The notes: generated by a model not told the origin, from the letters alone. Shown: positions 30,032 through 40,532, counted from the stretch's first letter. The stretch is DNA of 64,000 nt from Candidatus Helarchaeota archaeon (GCA_019058315.1 JAHPZH010000006.1:32001-96000); one strand, 5' to 3'. Program-made: numbers and translations.

Positions 30032-30925
30032 ATGATAATTATACCTGGACCAGCATCCCAAATCCTTGGAATAAAAGTTGCAAATTTAATAAATATTAAT
30101 AAAATTCAAGTAAAATTCAAAGATTTTCCAGATGGTGAACATTATATTAAAATAGAAAATGGAGAAAAAATCAAAAATCAAGATGTAATTATTATTCAAT
30201 CTACATATTCACCACAAAATGATAATTTAATGGAATTATTAATGATTTTAGATGGAACAAAGAACTTAAAACCAAAATCAATAACTTTAATAGTTCCTTA
30301 TTTATGTTATAGTCGTCAAGACAAACGTTTTTTAGAAGGCGAACCGTTAACTGCTGAAATAGTATGTAAAATTATAGAAAAAATTGGGGACCCCTTATTA
30401 GAAAAATTTATAACTATTGATATTCATTCAGAAAAAATTTTAGATTATTTTTCTAAAAGCATTGAAGTAAAAAATCTCTCAGCTATGCCACTTTTTGGCA
30501 AATATTTTAAAAATCTTAACTTAAAAAATCCATGTGTGATTGCACCTGATGAAGGAGCTTTAAAAAGATCAAAGATAGTAGCGGACTTAATAAATGCTGA
30601 TTGCAATTTTCTAACCAAAAAACGTGATTTAAATACAGGAGAAATTTCAACTCAAATAAAAGATTTATCTATTGAGAATCGTGATGTCATATTTACTGAT
30701 GATATTATTTCTACAGGTGGTACTATGGCAAGAGCGATAGAAATGGCTAAGAATCAAGGTGCAAATAATATATATGCAGTTTGTACCCATCCATTACTAA
30801 TTCAGAATGCAAAATATAGAATTTTTCAAGCAGGAGCAAAAGAAATTGTTGGGACTGACTGTATTCCTTCAGAATGTAGTAAAATTAGTGTTGCCCCTTT
30901 ATTAGCAGATTTTTTAACAAAATAA
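30032..30925 (+). CDS. prs: Ribose-phosphate pyrophosphokinase
   Basis: FPDGE, YSRQD, APDEGA, DDIISTGGT. Confidence 0.95.
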   Translation: MIIIPGPASQILGIKVANLININKIQVKFKDFPDGEHYIKIENGEKIKNQDVIIIQSTYSPQNDNLMELLMILDGTKNLKPKSITLIVPYLCYSRQDKRFLEGEPLTAEIVCKIIEKIGDPLLEKFITIDIHSEKILDYFSKSIEVKNLSAMPLFGKYFKNLNLKNPCVIAPDEGALKRSKIVADLINADCNFLTKKRDLNTGEISTQIKDLSIENRDVIFTDDIISTGGTMARAIEMAKNQGANNIYAVCTHPLLIQNAKYRIFQAGAKEIVGTDCIPSECSKISVAPLLADFLTK

Positions 30926-30935
30926 TTGTTTAACA

Positions 30936-31982
30936 ATGGAATCTAATAAAACATTTTTTTTAACACTCAGTGGTGAAAACATAAATTTATCTAAATTTGA
31001 AATATTATCCCTTTTTAAATCTAAAAATACTAAATTTTTTAATGTAAAACTAATTGATCGTCTTTTAATTCTCTCCTCTAAAAAGAATATTTCAAATTAC
31101 ATTGCTTCTAGAGCAGCCCTTACACATGACATTTCCGAATTATCGATGGTAAGTTCTATTGAGGAGAAGGATATTATAGAATCTTTAAAAAGGATAGATT
31201 TAAATAAGATAGTTGAAAATAGAAAATCTTTTGCGGTAAGAATTCAAAAAATTGGACTTAAAGAAATTAATTCTGAATATTTCGAAAGATTAATTGGAAA
31301 AATTATTCTTAATAAAATTGAAAAAAAGATAAAGGTTGATTTATTAAACCCGGATGTTTTATTCTACGGAATTTTTGTTAAAGACAAATTTGTTTTTGGT
31401 ATTAACAATTCACAAAAAATAAGAAGCAATCTTAAGTTAAATTCACTTAAATCTAGACCGTTTTTTCATCCAAGTGCATTAAATCCAATATTAGCTAGGG
31501 TTATGGTTAATTTATCTCAAATCAAAGAAACTGATATTTTTCTTGATCCCTTTTGTGGAACTGGAAGTATTTTGATTGAGGCTTTTTTAGTTGGATGCAA
31601 TAGACTAATTGGAATAGATATCAATCATAAAATGATAAATGGTGCAAAAAGAAATCTTATAAAATTTGGAGTAAAAAATATGGAATTATTATTAAGTGAT
31701 TCTAATCATATTCCGCTAAGATCAATATCTGGTGTAGCAACCGATCCACCATATGGTAGAAGTAGTTCTACATATAAAAAACCATTAATTCACTTAATAG
31801 AAAATTTCTTTTTAGAAATTAGTGATTTAATTTTAAAAAATCGGTTAATTACTTTAGCGTTGCCATCCCAAATCAGGATAGACGAGTTGATAGATAATTT
31901 TTATTTTGAAATTATAAATGAATTTAATCAATATATTCATTCTTCGTTAACTAGAAGAATATATGTAATTCGAAAAAAATAA
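30936..31982 (+). CDS. THUMP-domain tRNA guanine-N2 methyltransferase (Trm11/Trm-G10-like)
   Basis: THUMP domain plus RPFFHP, DPFCGTG, TDPPYG. Confidence 0.88.
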   Translation: MESNKTFFLTLSGENINLSKFEILSLFKSKNTKFFNVKLIDRLLILSSKKNISNYIASRAALTHDISELSMVSSIEEKDIIESLKRIDLNKIVENRKSFAVRIQKIGLKEINSEYFERLIGKIILNKIEKKIKVDLLNPDVLFYGIFVKDKFVFGINNSQKIRSNLKLNSLKSRPFFHPSALNPILARVMVNLSQIKETDIFLDPFCGTGSILIEAFLVGCNRLIGIDINHKMINGAKRNLIKFGVKNMELLLSDSNHIPLRSISGVATDPPYGRSSSTYKKPLIHLIENFFLEISDLILKNRLITLALPSQIRIDELIDNFYFEIINEFNQYIHSSLTRRIYVIRKK

Positions 31983-31996
31983 GAAATGAAATAAAT

Positions 31997-32925
31997 ATGG
32001 AAATAATTTTTTTAGGAACATCAGGGACAGTTCCAACTGTTTCACGCAGTTTGCCTGCAATAATAATAAAAAGAGAAAATGATTTTTTGCTTTTTGATTG
32101 CGGTGAAAAAAACTAATTAATTGTAGTTTTCACTAAGGCACACAACTTCAATTTAGGAAAGCAAAAATCAGTTTTTTTAAAATTAATAAGATTTTTCTTT
32201 CACATTTACATGGCGATCATATTACTGGGTTACCTGGTCTAATTATGTCATTAGCTTTAGGTAAAAGAGAGAAAACTCTTACAATTTATGGACCTAATGG
32301 GATTAAAGGATTTATAAATAAAGTTATTGATACAATGCATTTTGATTTAACTTATCCTTTAGAAATAGTTGAAATAGCTGGAGAAGAAAATTTTGAATTT
32401 TTAAATTATAAAATTACTTGTTTTCCTTTAGAACATAGGATATTTACCTTAGGATATGTTATTGTAGAAAAACCAAAGGCAAAATTCGATGTTGAAAAGG
32501 CGAAGTCATTAAAAATTCCAAAAGGTCCTTTATGGGGAAAATTGAAATCAGGTGAAAGTATTCATTTAAATAATGGGAGAGTTATCCAACCTTCCCAAGT
32601 TTTAGGAAATATAAAACCTGGAAAAAAAATTTTATATTGCACAGATACTCGTCCTACAATTAAGACAAAAAATTTAAGCAAGAACGCAGATTTACTCATT
32701 CATGATGGTATGTTTGAAGAGAATCTAAAAGAGTTCGCTACAATTGGAGGACATTCAACAGTAGTTGAAGCCGCAGAACTGGCTAAAGATTCGAAAGTAA
32801 AAAAATTAATCTTATTCCATATAAGTTCTAGATATGAAAATAATAATTCTATTTTAGAACTTCAAGCAAAAAAAATTTTTCCTAATTCATTCATAGCTGA
32901 AGATTTTATGAGAATTTTAGTTTAA
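31997..32925 (+). CDS. rnz: Ribonuclease Z, intron-containing (exon1 31997..32107, exon2 32137..32925; 299 aa)
   Basis: [14 protein letters not shown]...LFDCGE|GTQ...SHLHGDH..G, exosite GPLWG, CTDT, HST, HIS. The ORF track finds only the C-terminal part. Confidence 0.93.
32108..32136 (+). other. 29-nt BHB mRNA intron in rnz
   Basis: TGC-GGTG-AA^A-AAAACTA-attaattg-TAGTTTT-CACT-AA^G-GCA; in-frame TAA. Confidence 0.92.
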
Positions 32926-32970
32926 AACGGCATTTTAACAAAAATGGTTTAAATTCCTATAACATTTCTT

Positions 32971-33264
32971 TTAATTTCCTCCATGTATTGATGGAAGAAA
33001 AGTAATAATATCGTTATTTTTTAAGATTGTATTCAAGTTATTTAGCAAATCTACAGAGATTTCATTTATTAAAATAATGATATAAGGCCTAATTTCATTT
33101 TCATTTTCAGTTAAAACGTATTTTTTGAATTCAGGTCCGTATTTTTTGGAAAGTATGATTATTAATTCTTTTAAAAGTAATTGATCTTCTTCTATTATTA
33201 AACCTAACTCGTTTATCTTTATTATAGAACTTAAAGAACCGTAGAATTTTAATTGAAGATTTAA
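32971..33264 (-). CDS. MoaD/ThiS/SAMP-family ubiquitin-like protein; start codon unresolved
   Basis: xNLQLKFYGSL...RPYIIILIN...LKNNDIITFLPSIHGGN*. No ATG/GTG/TTG at the N-terminus. Not in the ORF track. Confidence 0.75.
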   Translation of the reverse strand, partial: LNLQLKFYGSLSSIIKINELGLIIEEDQLLLKELIIILSKKYGPEFKKYVLTENENEIRPYIIILINEISVDLLNNLNTILKNNDIITFLPSIHGGN

Positions 33265-33439
33265 TTAAATGACCTTCTAATAGATTATTGCTAGTATAAA
33301 ATAAATCAATTTATTTTTATAAACTTATCAATTAACTTGCATATTCACTTTTCTGAATGCCTCTCTTTCAATTTTTAAATGCGCATTAAAAATTTAATAT
33401 TATTTACTTTCAAAAAAGTGACTGAGAGCTATTTAAAAA

Positions 33440-34642
33440 ATGATGAATAATAATTATAATATTCTAGAAGAAGAACTAAAAAAACATTCAATTTTTAAAG
33501 ATGAATCAAAACTTTCTTTTGATTATGTTCCTCTTTATTTACCTCATAGAAACGAAAAATTGAGACAAATAGCACAATTTTTTAAAGTAATTATTGAAAA
33601 ACCGGGGGGAATGAGTCAAAAACTAATTATTCACGGATCAAATGGAACAGGAAAAACAGCAGTAGTAAAAAGATTTGGTGCAATGATTGAAGAAACAGCT
33701 GAAAAAAGAGATATAAAATTAAAATTCTTACATTTGAATTGCAGAAAAAATAAAACTGAATATATGATATTAAAGAATATCATAAATGTTTTTAATAAAG
33801 CTATTCCAAAACGGGGATTTTCTTCGGAAGAATTACTACAAATTTTAATAGAAATTCTTGAATTAGATGATTATTTTTTAATTTTAACTCTTGATGATTT
33901 AGATATTAAGGAAAATCAATTATTATATGATTTAACACGTTTGATGGATGATGAATTAAATCCTATTCAAAGGCTTTCATTGATAATTATTGCTAAAGAC
34001 TTAAATTTTATAAAAACTTTAGAAAAAGGGACTATTAGTACATTACAAAAAAATCATATCTTCTTTGAAAAATATTCTTCTTCTCAATTATATGACATTC
34101 TAAAAATGCGGTGTGATGAAGCTTTTTATGACAATACAGTTTTAGATGAATCCTTATACTTAATTTCTGATATTGCTTCAGAATTTGGTGATGCGCGCTA
34201 TGCATTAGAATTACTTTGGCGTGCTGGAAAATATGTAGATATTAACCAAAGTCCGCAAATTTCTCCTGAATATGTCAGACAAGCACAATCACACATAAGC
34301 CCTGTAGTTAGATCCAATTTAATCAAAGATTTAACGTTAGATCAAAAATTGTTATTATTGACAATAGCTAGGCAATTTAAACACAAAGAAAAGGCTTATC
34401 TTAGTATGAAAGAAGTTGAAAATGGTTATATTTTAATTTGTGAAGAATATCAAACAAAAGCAAAAAAACATACGAAAATTTGGGAAAATATTCAAGAATT
34501 AAATAATTTAGGAGTAATTAATTCTAAATTATCTGGTCCTGGAATCCGGGGGAAAACAACATTAATTGCACTATCTGATGTGCCTTCAGAAACTATTGAA
34601 AATAATCTTATTTCTCAATTACAAAAAGAGATAGAAGTCTGA
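33440..34642 (+). CDS. cdc6: Cdc6/Orc1 replication initiator
   Basis: YVP..LPHR, GSNGTGKT, LDDLD, GDARYAL, C-terminal wHTH. Confidence 0.93.
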   Translation: MMNNNYNILEEELKKHSIFKDESKLSFDYVPLYLPHRNEKLRQIAQFFKVIIEKPGGMSQKLIIHGSNGTGKTAVVKRFGAMIEETAEKRDIKLKFLHLNCRKNKTEYMILKNIINVFNKAIPKRGFSSEELLQILIEILELDDYFLILTLDDLDIKENQLLYDLTRLMDDELNPIQRLSLIIIAKDLNFIKTLEKGTISTLQKNHIFFEKYSSSQLYDILKMRCDEAFYDNTVLDESLYLISDIASEFGDARYALELLWRAGKYVDINQSPQISPEYVRQAQSHISPVVRSNLIKDLTLDQKLLLLTIARQFKHKEKAYLSMKEVENGYILICEEYQTKAKKHTKIWENIQELNNLGVINSKLSGPGIRGKTTLIALSDVPSETIENNLISQLQKEIEV

Positions 34643-34947
34643 TGGAATTAAAAGATGTTCTTTTAAACGATAATCTTCCATCTATAGATGAAATTTTTTC
34701 TTCTAGGGGAAGAATTAAAGTTTTATTGATTTTAGCAAAAGAGGGGGAATTAAACATTTCAGAAATCGCAAAACGTGCAAATTTAAATCATGGCTCTTGT
34801 TCTAATCATTTAAAATTTTTGGCAAATAAAAATATATTACAAGAGAAAGTTTTTGGAAGAATTAGAATTTATAGATTTAGAATTGAAAATGTAAAAATTA
34901 GAGCTTTAAAAAACTTGTTTGATCTTTGGGAATCATCAAGATTTTAA
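34642..34947 (+). CDS. ArsR-like winged-helix regulator
   Basis: FSSRGRIKVL..LAKEGELNISEIAKR; overlaps the cdc6 stop. Confidence 0.8.
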   Translation: MELKDVLLNDNLPSIDEIFSSRGRIKVLLILAKEGELNISEIAKRANLNHGSCSNHLKFLANKNILQEKVFGRIRIYRFRIENVKIRALKNLFDLWESSRF

Positions 34948-34993
34948 AAAATTTTATTTAAAAAATATTTTGAAATAGATTAAAATCGTCTAG

Positions 34994-35425
34994 TCATCTT
35001 AAAATGTTTTTAACTCTACGAGCTAAAGTTCCCAAATTAAATACTACAATACCTAAATTTTTTGTATTTGGAATTAATGAAAAAATAATTGCTTCATCAC
35101 CAGCAGGAATTAAAATAATAGAACCTTCATCAGAATCGATTATTAATTTTCTAACAGTTGTATTTAATAATTCTTTCATTGTTCGTTCACTAAGTATTGT
35201 TATATCAGCAGCCAAACCAGCTATTGAATCTTCATTAAGTTGATAATCATTAATTGATGCGATTATTAACCCATCTCTTGAAACTATTGCACTGATTTTA
35301 ACTGGTGTATTCGATTCAAATTCTCTTAATAGCTCGTTTAATAGAGATGCTTTGTTCATTACATCATATCTCCAAAAAATACGATTTAAATAATTACTAA
35401 TAAATAGATATAAAAAGCCAAACAA
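34994..35425 (-). CDS. Roadblock/LC7 domain protein
   Basis: SAIVSRDGLIIAS; likely start at the internal MNKAS. Confidence 0.85.
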   Translation of the reverse strand: MFGFLYLFISNYLNRIFWRYDVMNKASLLNELLREFESNTPVKISAIVSRDGLIIASINDYQLNEDSIAGLAADITILSERTMKELLNTTVRKLIIDSDEGSIILIPAGDEAIIFSLIPNTKNLGIVVFNLGTLARRVKNILR

Positions 35426-35707
35426 TTTTTTTTATTGAAAAAAAAGTATATTTAGTTGAATAGAATTGTTATAGAGGACATTTTGCAAAATTTTGCATAT
35501 TTAATTGGAGTTTATATTTAATTATTTGATTTTTATATCTTAAAAAAAAAATTTATGCGTTTATGGGATTAAAATAAACTTATATATTATATTTTTTATT
35601 AAATGTTAATTGTTATCACAGTTTTCTAATTATAAAATACTTTACTGTCTTTAAATAAGATTGATAAAACAAAAATTTTCTATGCATTTTAGATTGCCAG
35701 TTATTAG

Positions 35708-36304
35708 GTGATTATAATGTCAAAAATATTTGAAACAAATTATAATGAAACAAAAATTTTAGTAATTCATGGCAGTATAATAGAATTAGAAGTTGATGCA
35801 ATAGTAAATGCTGCTAACAGTTTTATGGAAATGGGTGGTGGAGTAGCTAAAGTAATAAAAAATGCAGCTGGTCAAGAGGTTGAAGATGAGGCAATTAAAT
35901 TAGTAAAACAAATGGGAGGTCAATGCCCAATAGGAAAAGCAATCTTAACATCTGCGGGAAAATTAAAATCAAGAATCAAATTTATTATCCATGCACCAAC
36001 AATGACCAAACCAGTTGAACCTTCAAGTTTAAACCGAATTAAAAGTGCTGTAAGGGGGGTTATGCAAAGAGTTTATGAATCTAATTTAAAAGATCAAGGT
36101 ATAATTAAAAGTATAGCCTTTCCTGCTATGGGAACAGGTGCTGGAAAAATGCCTAGGAACAAAGCAGCACAAGCAATTGTAGATGGATTAATTAATTATT
36201 TTAATACCACAGTAAATATTTCTGTAGAATTAATAATCCTTTGTGATATTAATGAAGAGCAAGCGATAGCATTTAAGGACGCTTTAATAAACAGTATTAA
36301 TTAA
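35708..36304 (+). CDS. Macro domain protein
   Basis: DAIVNAAN..MGGGVA, IIHAPT, SIAFPAMGTG. Confidence 0.92.
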   Translation: MIIMSKIFETNYNETKILVIHGSIIELEVDAIVNAANSFMEMGGGVAKVIKNAAGQEVEDEAIKLVKQMGGQCPIGKAILTSAGKLKSRIKFIIHAPTMTKPVEPSSLNRIKSAVRGVMQRVYESNLKDQGIIKSIAFPAMGTGAGKMPRNKAAQAIVDGLINYFNTTVNISVELIILCDINEEQAIAFKDALINSIN

Positions 36305-36658
36305 GAAATTAAAATTTGTTTTTCTATATTTACTCTTAATGGTTTATTTTAGAAATTATATGATAATGTTAAAAATTTTCGAAGATTTAAATCAAAATTT
36401 ATTCAACTTTTTAAAAAATGTTTACAAAAAAAATCATTTCATAAATAGTTATTTTGAAATTGTTTGATATTATGCGCGCGAAAAACCTATTTCACCGATT
36501 GATCACCTTAATTTTTATGCAAATTTGGCATTTGTGCTTTGCCAAATTTTTCAATGACAGAACTAGTGCGACAAAAAATAAAAATACTTAAATATTTTAA
36601 TTGATTTCTTATAGTCTAATAGTTTAAAAAATTTTAAAGTCAATATGAGGTTAGAAAT

Positions 36659-36874
36659 ATGGCAAAAAAAAGATATTTTGCTTGGAGTCCTTTAAGAAGT
36701 TTAATGGCAGATGCTGGCGCAAAAATCGTATCCAGAGATGCAGTAGATCATTTGATTGGATGGTTGCAAGATAAAGCAGTTGAATTAACTAAAAGAGCCG
36801 CTGTACTCGCAAAACATTCCAAGAGAAAGAAAATTACTAAAGGCGATATCGATTTAGCAGTCAAAGGATATTAA
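36659..36874 (+). CDS. Archaeal histone
   Basis: AGAKIVSRDAV...AKHSKRKKITKGDI histone fold; GAGG SD upstream. Confidence 0.93.
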   Translation: MAKKRYFAWSPLRSLMADAGAKIVSRDAVDHLIGWLQDKAVELTKRAAVLAKHSKRKKITKGDIDLAVKGY

Positions 36875-37016
36875 AATATATAAATAATTTATCTTAAATC
36901 TCATTTTTTTTTTAATTTTAATCTCTTCTAGAAACATTTATCTATATTAATTGATTTATGCATCTGCAAACTTTAAAAAATTTATTCAATTATTTAATTA
37001 ATCAAAAATTTAGATT

Positions 37017-37637
37017 TTAAAAACTAATAATTCCCTCTTTTTGATAGGCCCTTAATATACTTAAAATTTTTGAAGGATTGGAATTCATGTGTCTTGCTAA
37101 ATCATAAATTGAATTTTTTCCATTGATTAATCTGAATAATTTCCGTCTATTATTACGGATATTATCTTCATTATCAATATGTCTTTTTGGAATTATTTCT
37201 CGGAAATAACTATCTTTATGATGGGTTTTTTTGAAGGGTTGTAATAATAAGCCATCATTCTCTTTAAAATCGTTAAAAAATTGATTGATGATTGACTTAA
37301 TAGGTGTAAAATCTATTGATTCTTTTTGGTCTTCAATTTGTTTAATGATTACATTGGATATTTTAAGAAAAAGTCTATCAATATATGAATTTGCAAGCGA
37401 AGGCTCACAGCTAATAATAAACAAAAGATCAGATTTCTCAAAAAAAGAAAATTTAATACTTTCAGTAATATAAAATGTTGGAATTCCTAATCCAGTCTCC
37501 TTAGTAAAATTTGTTATAGCACTTAAAAATCCTGTGATTAACGTGTCATCAACGGATTTTCTAAGTTTAGAATTGCCTTCTTTATGATGATATATTGGCA
37601 ATCCGTCTTTGAGAATAAAAATATCTTGAATTTTCAT
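37017..37637 (-). CDS. Longin-like domain protein with a C-terminal wHTH
   Basis: IFILKDGLPIY...LITGFLSAITNF longin signature; INGKNSIYDLA wHTH. Confidence 0.65.
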   Translation of the reverse strand: MKIQDIFILKDGLPIYHHKEGNSKLRKSVDDTLITGFLSAITNFTKETGLGIPTFYITESIKFSFFEKSDLLFIISCEPSLANSYIDRLFLKISNVIIKQIEDQKESIDFTPIKSIINQFFNDFKENDGLLLQPFKKTHHKDSYFREIIPKRHIDNEDNIRNNRRKLFRLINGKNSIYDLARHMNSNPSKILSILRAYQKEGIISF

Positions 37638-37933
37638 CTTTAACCACTAGTGAAATGAATCTTATTAAGATAAGATCGATGTTATAAACATTTTAGATTT
37701 AATAATATCAGTAGAATATGCCTATAATATCTTAAAGAAGGAGATTATTAATCAAATTAAAACTGTTATTAACAGTTCCCTTTTAATACCATTATATTTA
37801 TTATTTTTCATTCCATATAATTATATGCTTATTAAAAAGTTTATTTTAATATGATAATGATTTAAATCTATAATGAAGTAATTATAACTGCTTATTTTAA
37901 CTTATTTAATGAAATTTTAAGATGGGTGATTAA

Positions 37934-40060
37934 TTGACAGAAAAATATGCAATAGAATCCAGTGAAAATATTATTAAAGCAAGAAGACTCGTTGTTAGGA
38001 CGACTAGTGGAGATGTTGAATTATTTGATTCCAAAAAAATTATACAAAGTTTAATTTCTGAGACAAGTATCAATGATAATGTAGCTCATAAGGTTACTGA
38101 TATGGTACTTAAAAGGATAATAAACGCAAAAATTCAATGGCTTTCAGGTCCGGCAATTAGGGAAATGTGTTGTTCGGTTTTAGCGGAAATTGGACTTTTA
38201 GAAGCACGTAAAAGATATACCCGAATTGGAATGCCCTTAATGGATTATGAAAATTTCATTGAAATAGGTATTAAAGAAAATGCAAATCAATATCAAAACC
38301 CTATGTCGATTCATAGCTGGTGTGCTGATAGGATTTCTTCTGAATATTCATTACTTAGATTATTAACTGAAGAACAATCAAAGGCACATTTAAAAGGTGA
38401 TATTCATATTCATATGCTGCCTTATTTTGATCTCCGTCCATTTTGCCAAGAATTTGATCTTCGAATTATTTTAAAAAATGGGTTACCCCCAGTTAATTGG
38501 CCATATTCGGCAGTATCAAAACCTGCAAAACATCCAATTGTAGCTTTTCTCCATGCTGCAAAATGGCTTGGTTTGATTACGGGTGAATTTTCAGGTGGGT
38601 TAGGTTATGATAATTTTACTGTATTTTTAGCACCATATATAAAAGGATTATCTGAAAAAGAAATTGAGCAAATGGCACAAAGTTTTGTTTTTGAATCAAA
38701 TCAAATTTATGCCTCACGAGGAGGACAAATACCTTTTACTTCGATTTCTTGTGTTCCAACAATACCTGATAATTTACGAGATGTACCAGCAATAAGTTTT
38801 GAGGGAAAAGTTGATGGTATTTATGGAGATTACGTAGATGAATGTAATGCACTTTTCAAAGCTTTAAGTAAGGTATATTTTAAAGGCGATGGAATAGGAC
38901 GCCTTTTTAATTTTCCTAAACATGAAATTAAATTAAAAAAAGAATGGATACGTGAATTTGAAGATGATTATTTATTAATAAGCGAAGAAACAGCAAAATT
39001 TGGAAATCCTTACTATTTAAATTTAGCTGCCGATTGGATGCCTGATGAAGTACATTCACAATGCTGTAGACTAATTTTAACTCCAGAAGGAATTAGAAAA
39101 ATTTGTGATGATCCTGAACTTTTTGATTGGTCCAAATCTTATATTAATTTAGGAAGTCTACAAAGTGTTAGCCTTAATCTTCCTCGTTATGCTTACATGT
39201 CTAAAGGCGATGAAAATAAATTCTTTGAAATTCTAGATGAATATATGCTACTTATAAGAGATATTTTGATGATTAAGAGAGAATTGGTTGCTAAAAGATT
39301 AGAATCTGGGTTATTACCTTTATGTTCCCGTCAAGTAGACAATGGTATTCGGCTCCTCGATTTACGAAAACAGTCAGTGAATATAGGATTTGTTGGTTTA
39401 AATGAATGTGTTTTATATATCACCAACCATGAATTACACGAAAATAATGAAGCTTATAGATTAGGAAAAAAAATATTAGAATATATGTCAAAGAAATGCG
39501 ATGAATTCACGACAGAAAAATCTTTTAAATTTTCTCTTTGGGAACAACCTGCAGAATCCACGGCAGGTCGTTTTGCTTATCTCGATTTAAAACATTATCC
39601 TAATTATGCTATTGTCCAAGGTAATCCAGAGCTTAATGCTGTCTATTATACAAATTCAGATCACCTTCGTGATTCCGCTGATATTCCACTTTTTGAACGT
39701 ATTCAAAAACAAAGCGAATTTCATCCAATTGTTCAAGGCGGAGTAATAACTCATGTTTGGTTAGGTGAATCTCACCCAGATCCCGAAGGACTTTGGAAAC
39801 TTACTAAAAAAATCGCATTTAATACTCCTACTGCATATTGGGCATATACAAAGGATTTTACTCAATGTCTTGAATGTCAAAAGTTTTTAAATGGTATTTA
39901 CACAACATGTCCAAAATGTGGTGCATCATCTGAAAAATTAGAATGGTGGAGTCGAATTACTGGATATTATAGTCGATTAACTGGCTGGAATGCTAGCAAA
40001 ATAGAAGAATGGAAATCAAGAAAACGATATAATTTTAATAAAATGCAAAAAACTGGTTAA
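37934..40060 (+). CDS. nrdD: Anaerobic (class III) ribonucleoside-triphosphate reductase with ATP-cone
   Basis: ATP cone, GDIHIH, QCCRL, PAES, YYTNS, CxxC..CPKCG, SRITGY. Confidence 0.93.
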   Translation: MTEKYAIESSENIIKARRLVVRTTSGDVELFDSKKIIQSLISETSINDNVAHKVTDMVLKRIINAKIQWLSGPAIREMCCSVLAEIGLLEARKRYTRIGMPLMDYENFIEIGIKENANQYQNPMSIHSWCADRISSEYSLLRLLTEEQSKAHLKGDIHIHMLPYFDLRPFCQEFDLRIILKNGLPPVNWPYSAVSKPAKHPIVAFLHAAKWLGLITGEFSGGLGYDNFTVFLAPYIKGLSEKEIEQMAQSFVFESNQIYASRGGQIPFTSISCVPTIPDNLRDVPAISFEGKVDGIYGDYVDECNALFKALSKVYFKGDGIGRLFNFPKHEIKLKKEWIREFEDDYLLISEETAKFGNPYYLNLAADWMPDEVHSQCCRLILTPEGIRKICDDPELFDWSKSYINLGSLQSVSLNLPRYAYMSKGDENKFFEILDEYMLLIRDILMIKRELVAKRLESGLLPLCSRQVDNGIRLLDLRKQSVNIGFVGLNECVLYITNHELHENNEAYRLGKKILEYMSKKCDEFTTEKSFKFSLWEQPAESTAGRFAYLDLKHYPNYAIVQGNPELNAVYYTNSDHLRDSADIPLFERIQKQSEFHPIVQGGVITHVWLGESHPDPEGLWKLTKKIAFNTPTAYWAYTKDFTQCLECQKFLNGIYTTCPKCGASSEKLEWWSRITGYYSRLTGWNASKIEEWKSRKRYNFNKMQKTG

Positions 40061-40217
40061 AAAAATTAATATCTTCAAAAATTTCTATAAGTAATTTAGT
40101 TATTTTTAAATGAATGTTACTTTTAAGAATTTAAATACAAAAAAAAATTATTGATTTGATAAATTTTAAATATCATAGCTGATGTGAAACAATAATAAAA
40201 GGCTGAAAAGAATTGGT

Positions 40218-40325
40218 GGGCCGGTAGATCAGCCTGGTATGATCGCCACGCTTGCAACGTGGAGATTGAATATATTACAATTTATCAACCATATGTCCCG
40301 GGATCGAAGCCCGGCCGGTCCACCA
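40218..40325 (+). tRNA. tRNA-Ala(TGC) with a 30-nt intron at 45/46 (40265..40294); CCA encoded
   Basis: GGGCCGG/CCGGTCC with G3:U70; CCACG-CT-TGC-AA-CGTGG. Splice motif GTGG-AG^A-TTGA...TCAA-CCAT-AT^G yields variable loop AGGTC. Confidence 0.93.
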
Positions 40326-40338
40326 CCAAATAAACCAT

Positions 40339-40410
40339 GGCCGGAATAGTATAGTGGTAGTATGAGGGATTGTGGCTCCCTTGACTCGGGTTCAAATCCC
40401 GATTCCGGCC
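40339..40410 (+). tRNA. tRNA-His(GTG), G-1 encoded, no intron
   Basis: G-GCCGGAA/TTCCGGC-C; AGGGA-TT-GTG-GC-TCCCT; GGTTCAAATCC. Confidence 0.95.
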
Positions 40411-40426
40411 CTTTTTAAACCTTTAT

Positions 40427-40532
40427 GCGGGAGTGTCCGAGTTGGTCAAAGGAGCTGGGCTTAGGACCCAGTGGCGTAGGCCTGCATGGGTTCGAATGGA
40501 TAAAAGTCCCGAAAAACCCATCTCCCGCACCA
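40427..40532 (+). tRNA. tRNA-Leu(TAG) with a 19-nt BHB intron at 59/60 (40497..40515); CCA encoded
   Basis: CTGGG-CT-TAG-GA-CCCAG; BHB GGG-TTCG-AA^T-GGA-taaaag-TCC-CGAA-AA^A-CCC. Confidence 0.95.

Noticed and set aside
33265-33439. Replication origin upstream of cdc6
   Set aside because: No ORB-like boxes seen, and most of the rnz-cdc6 gap is the SAMP/MoaD gene
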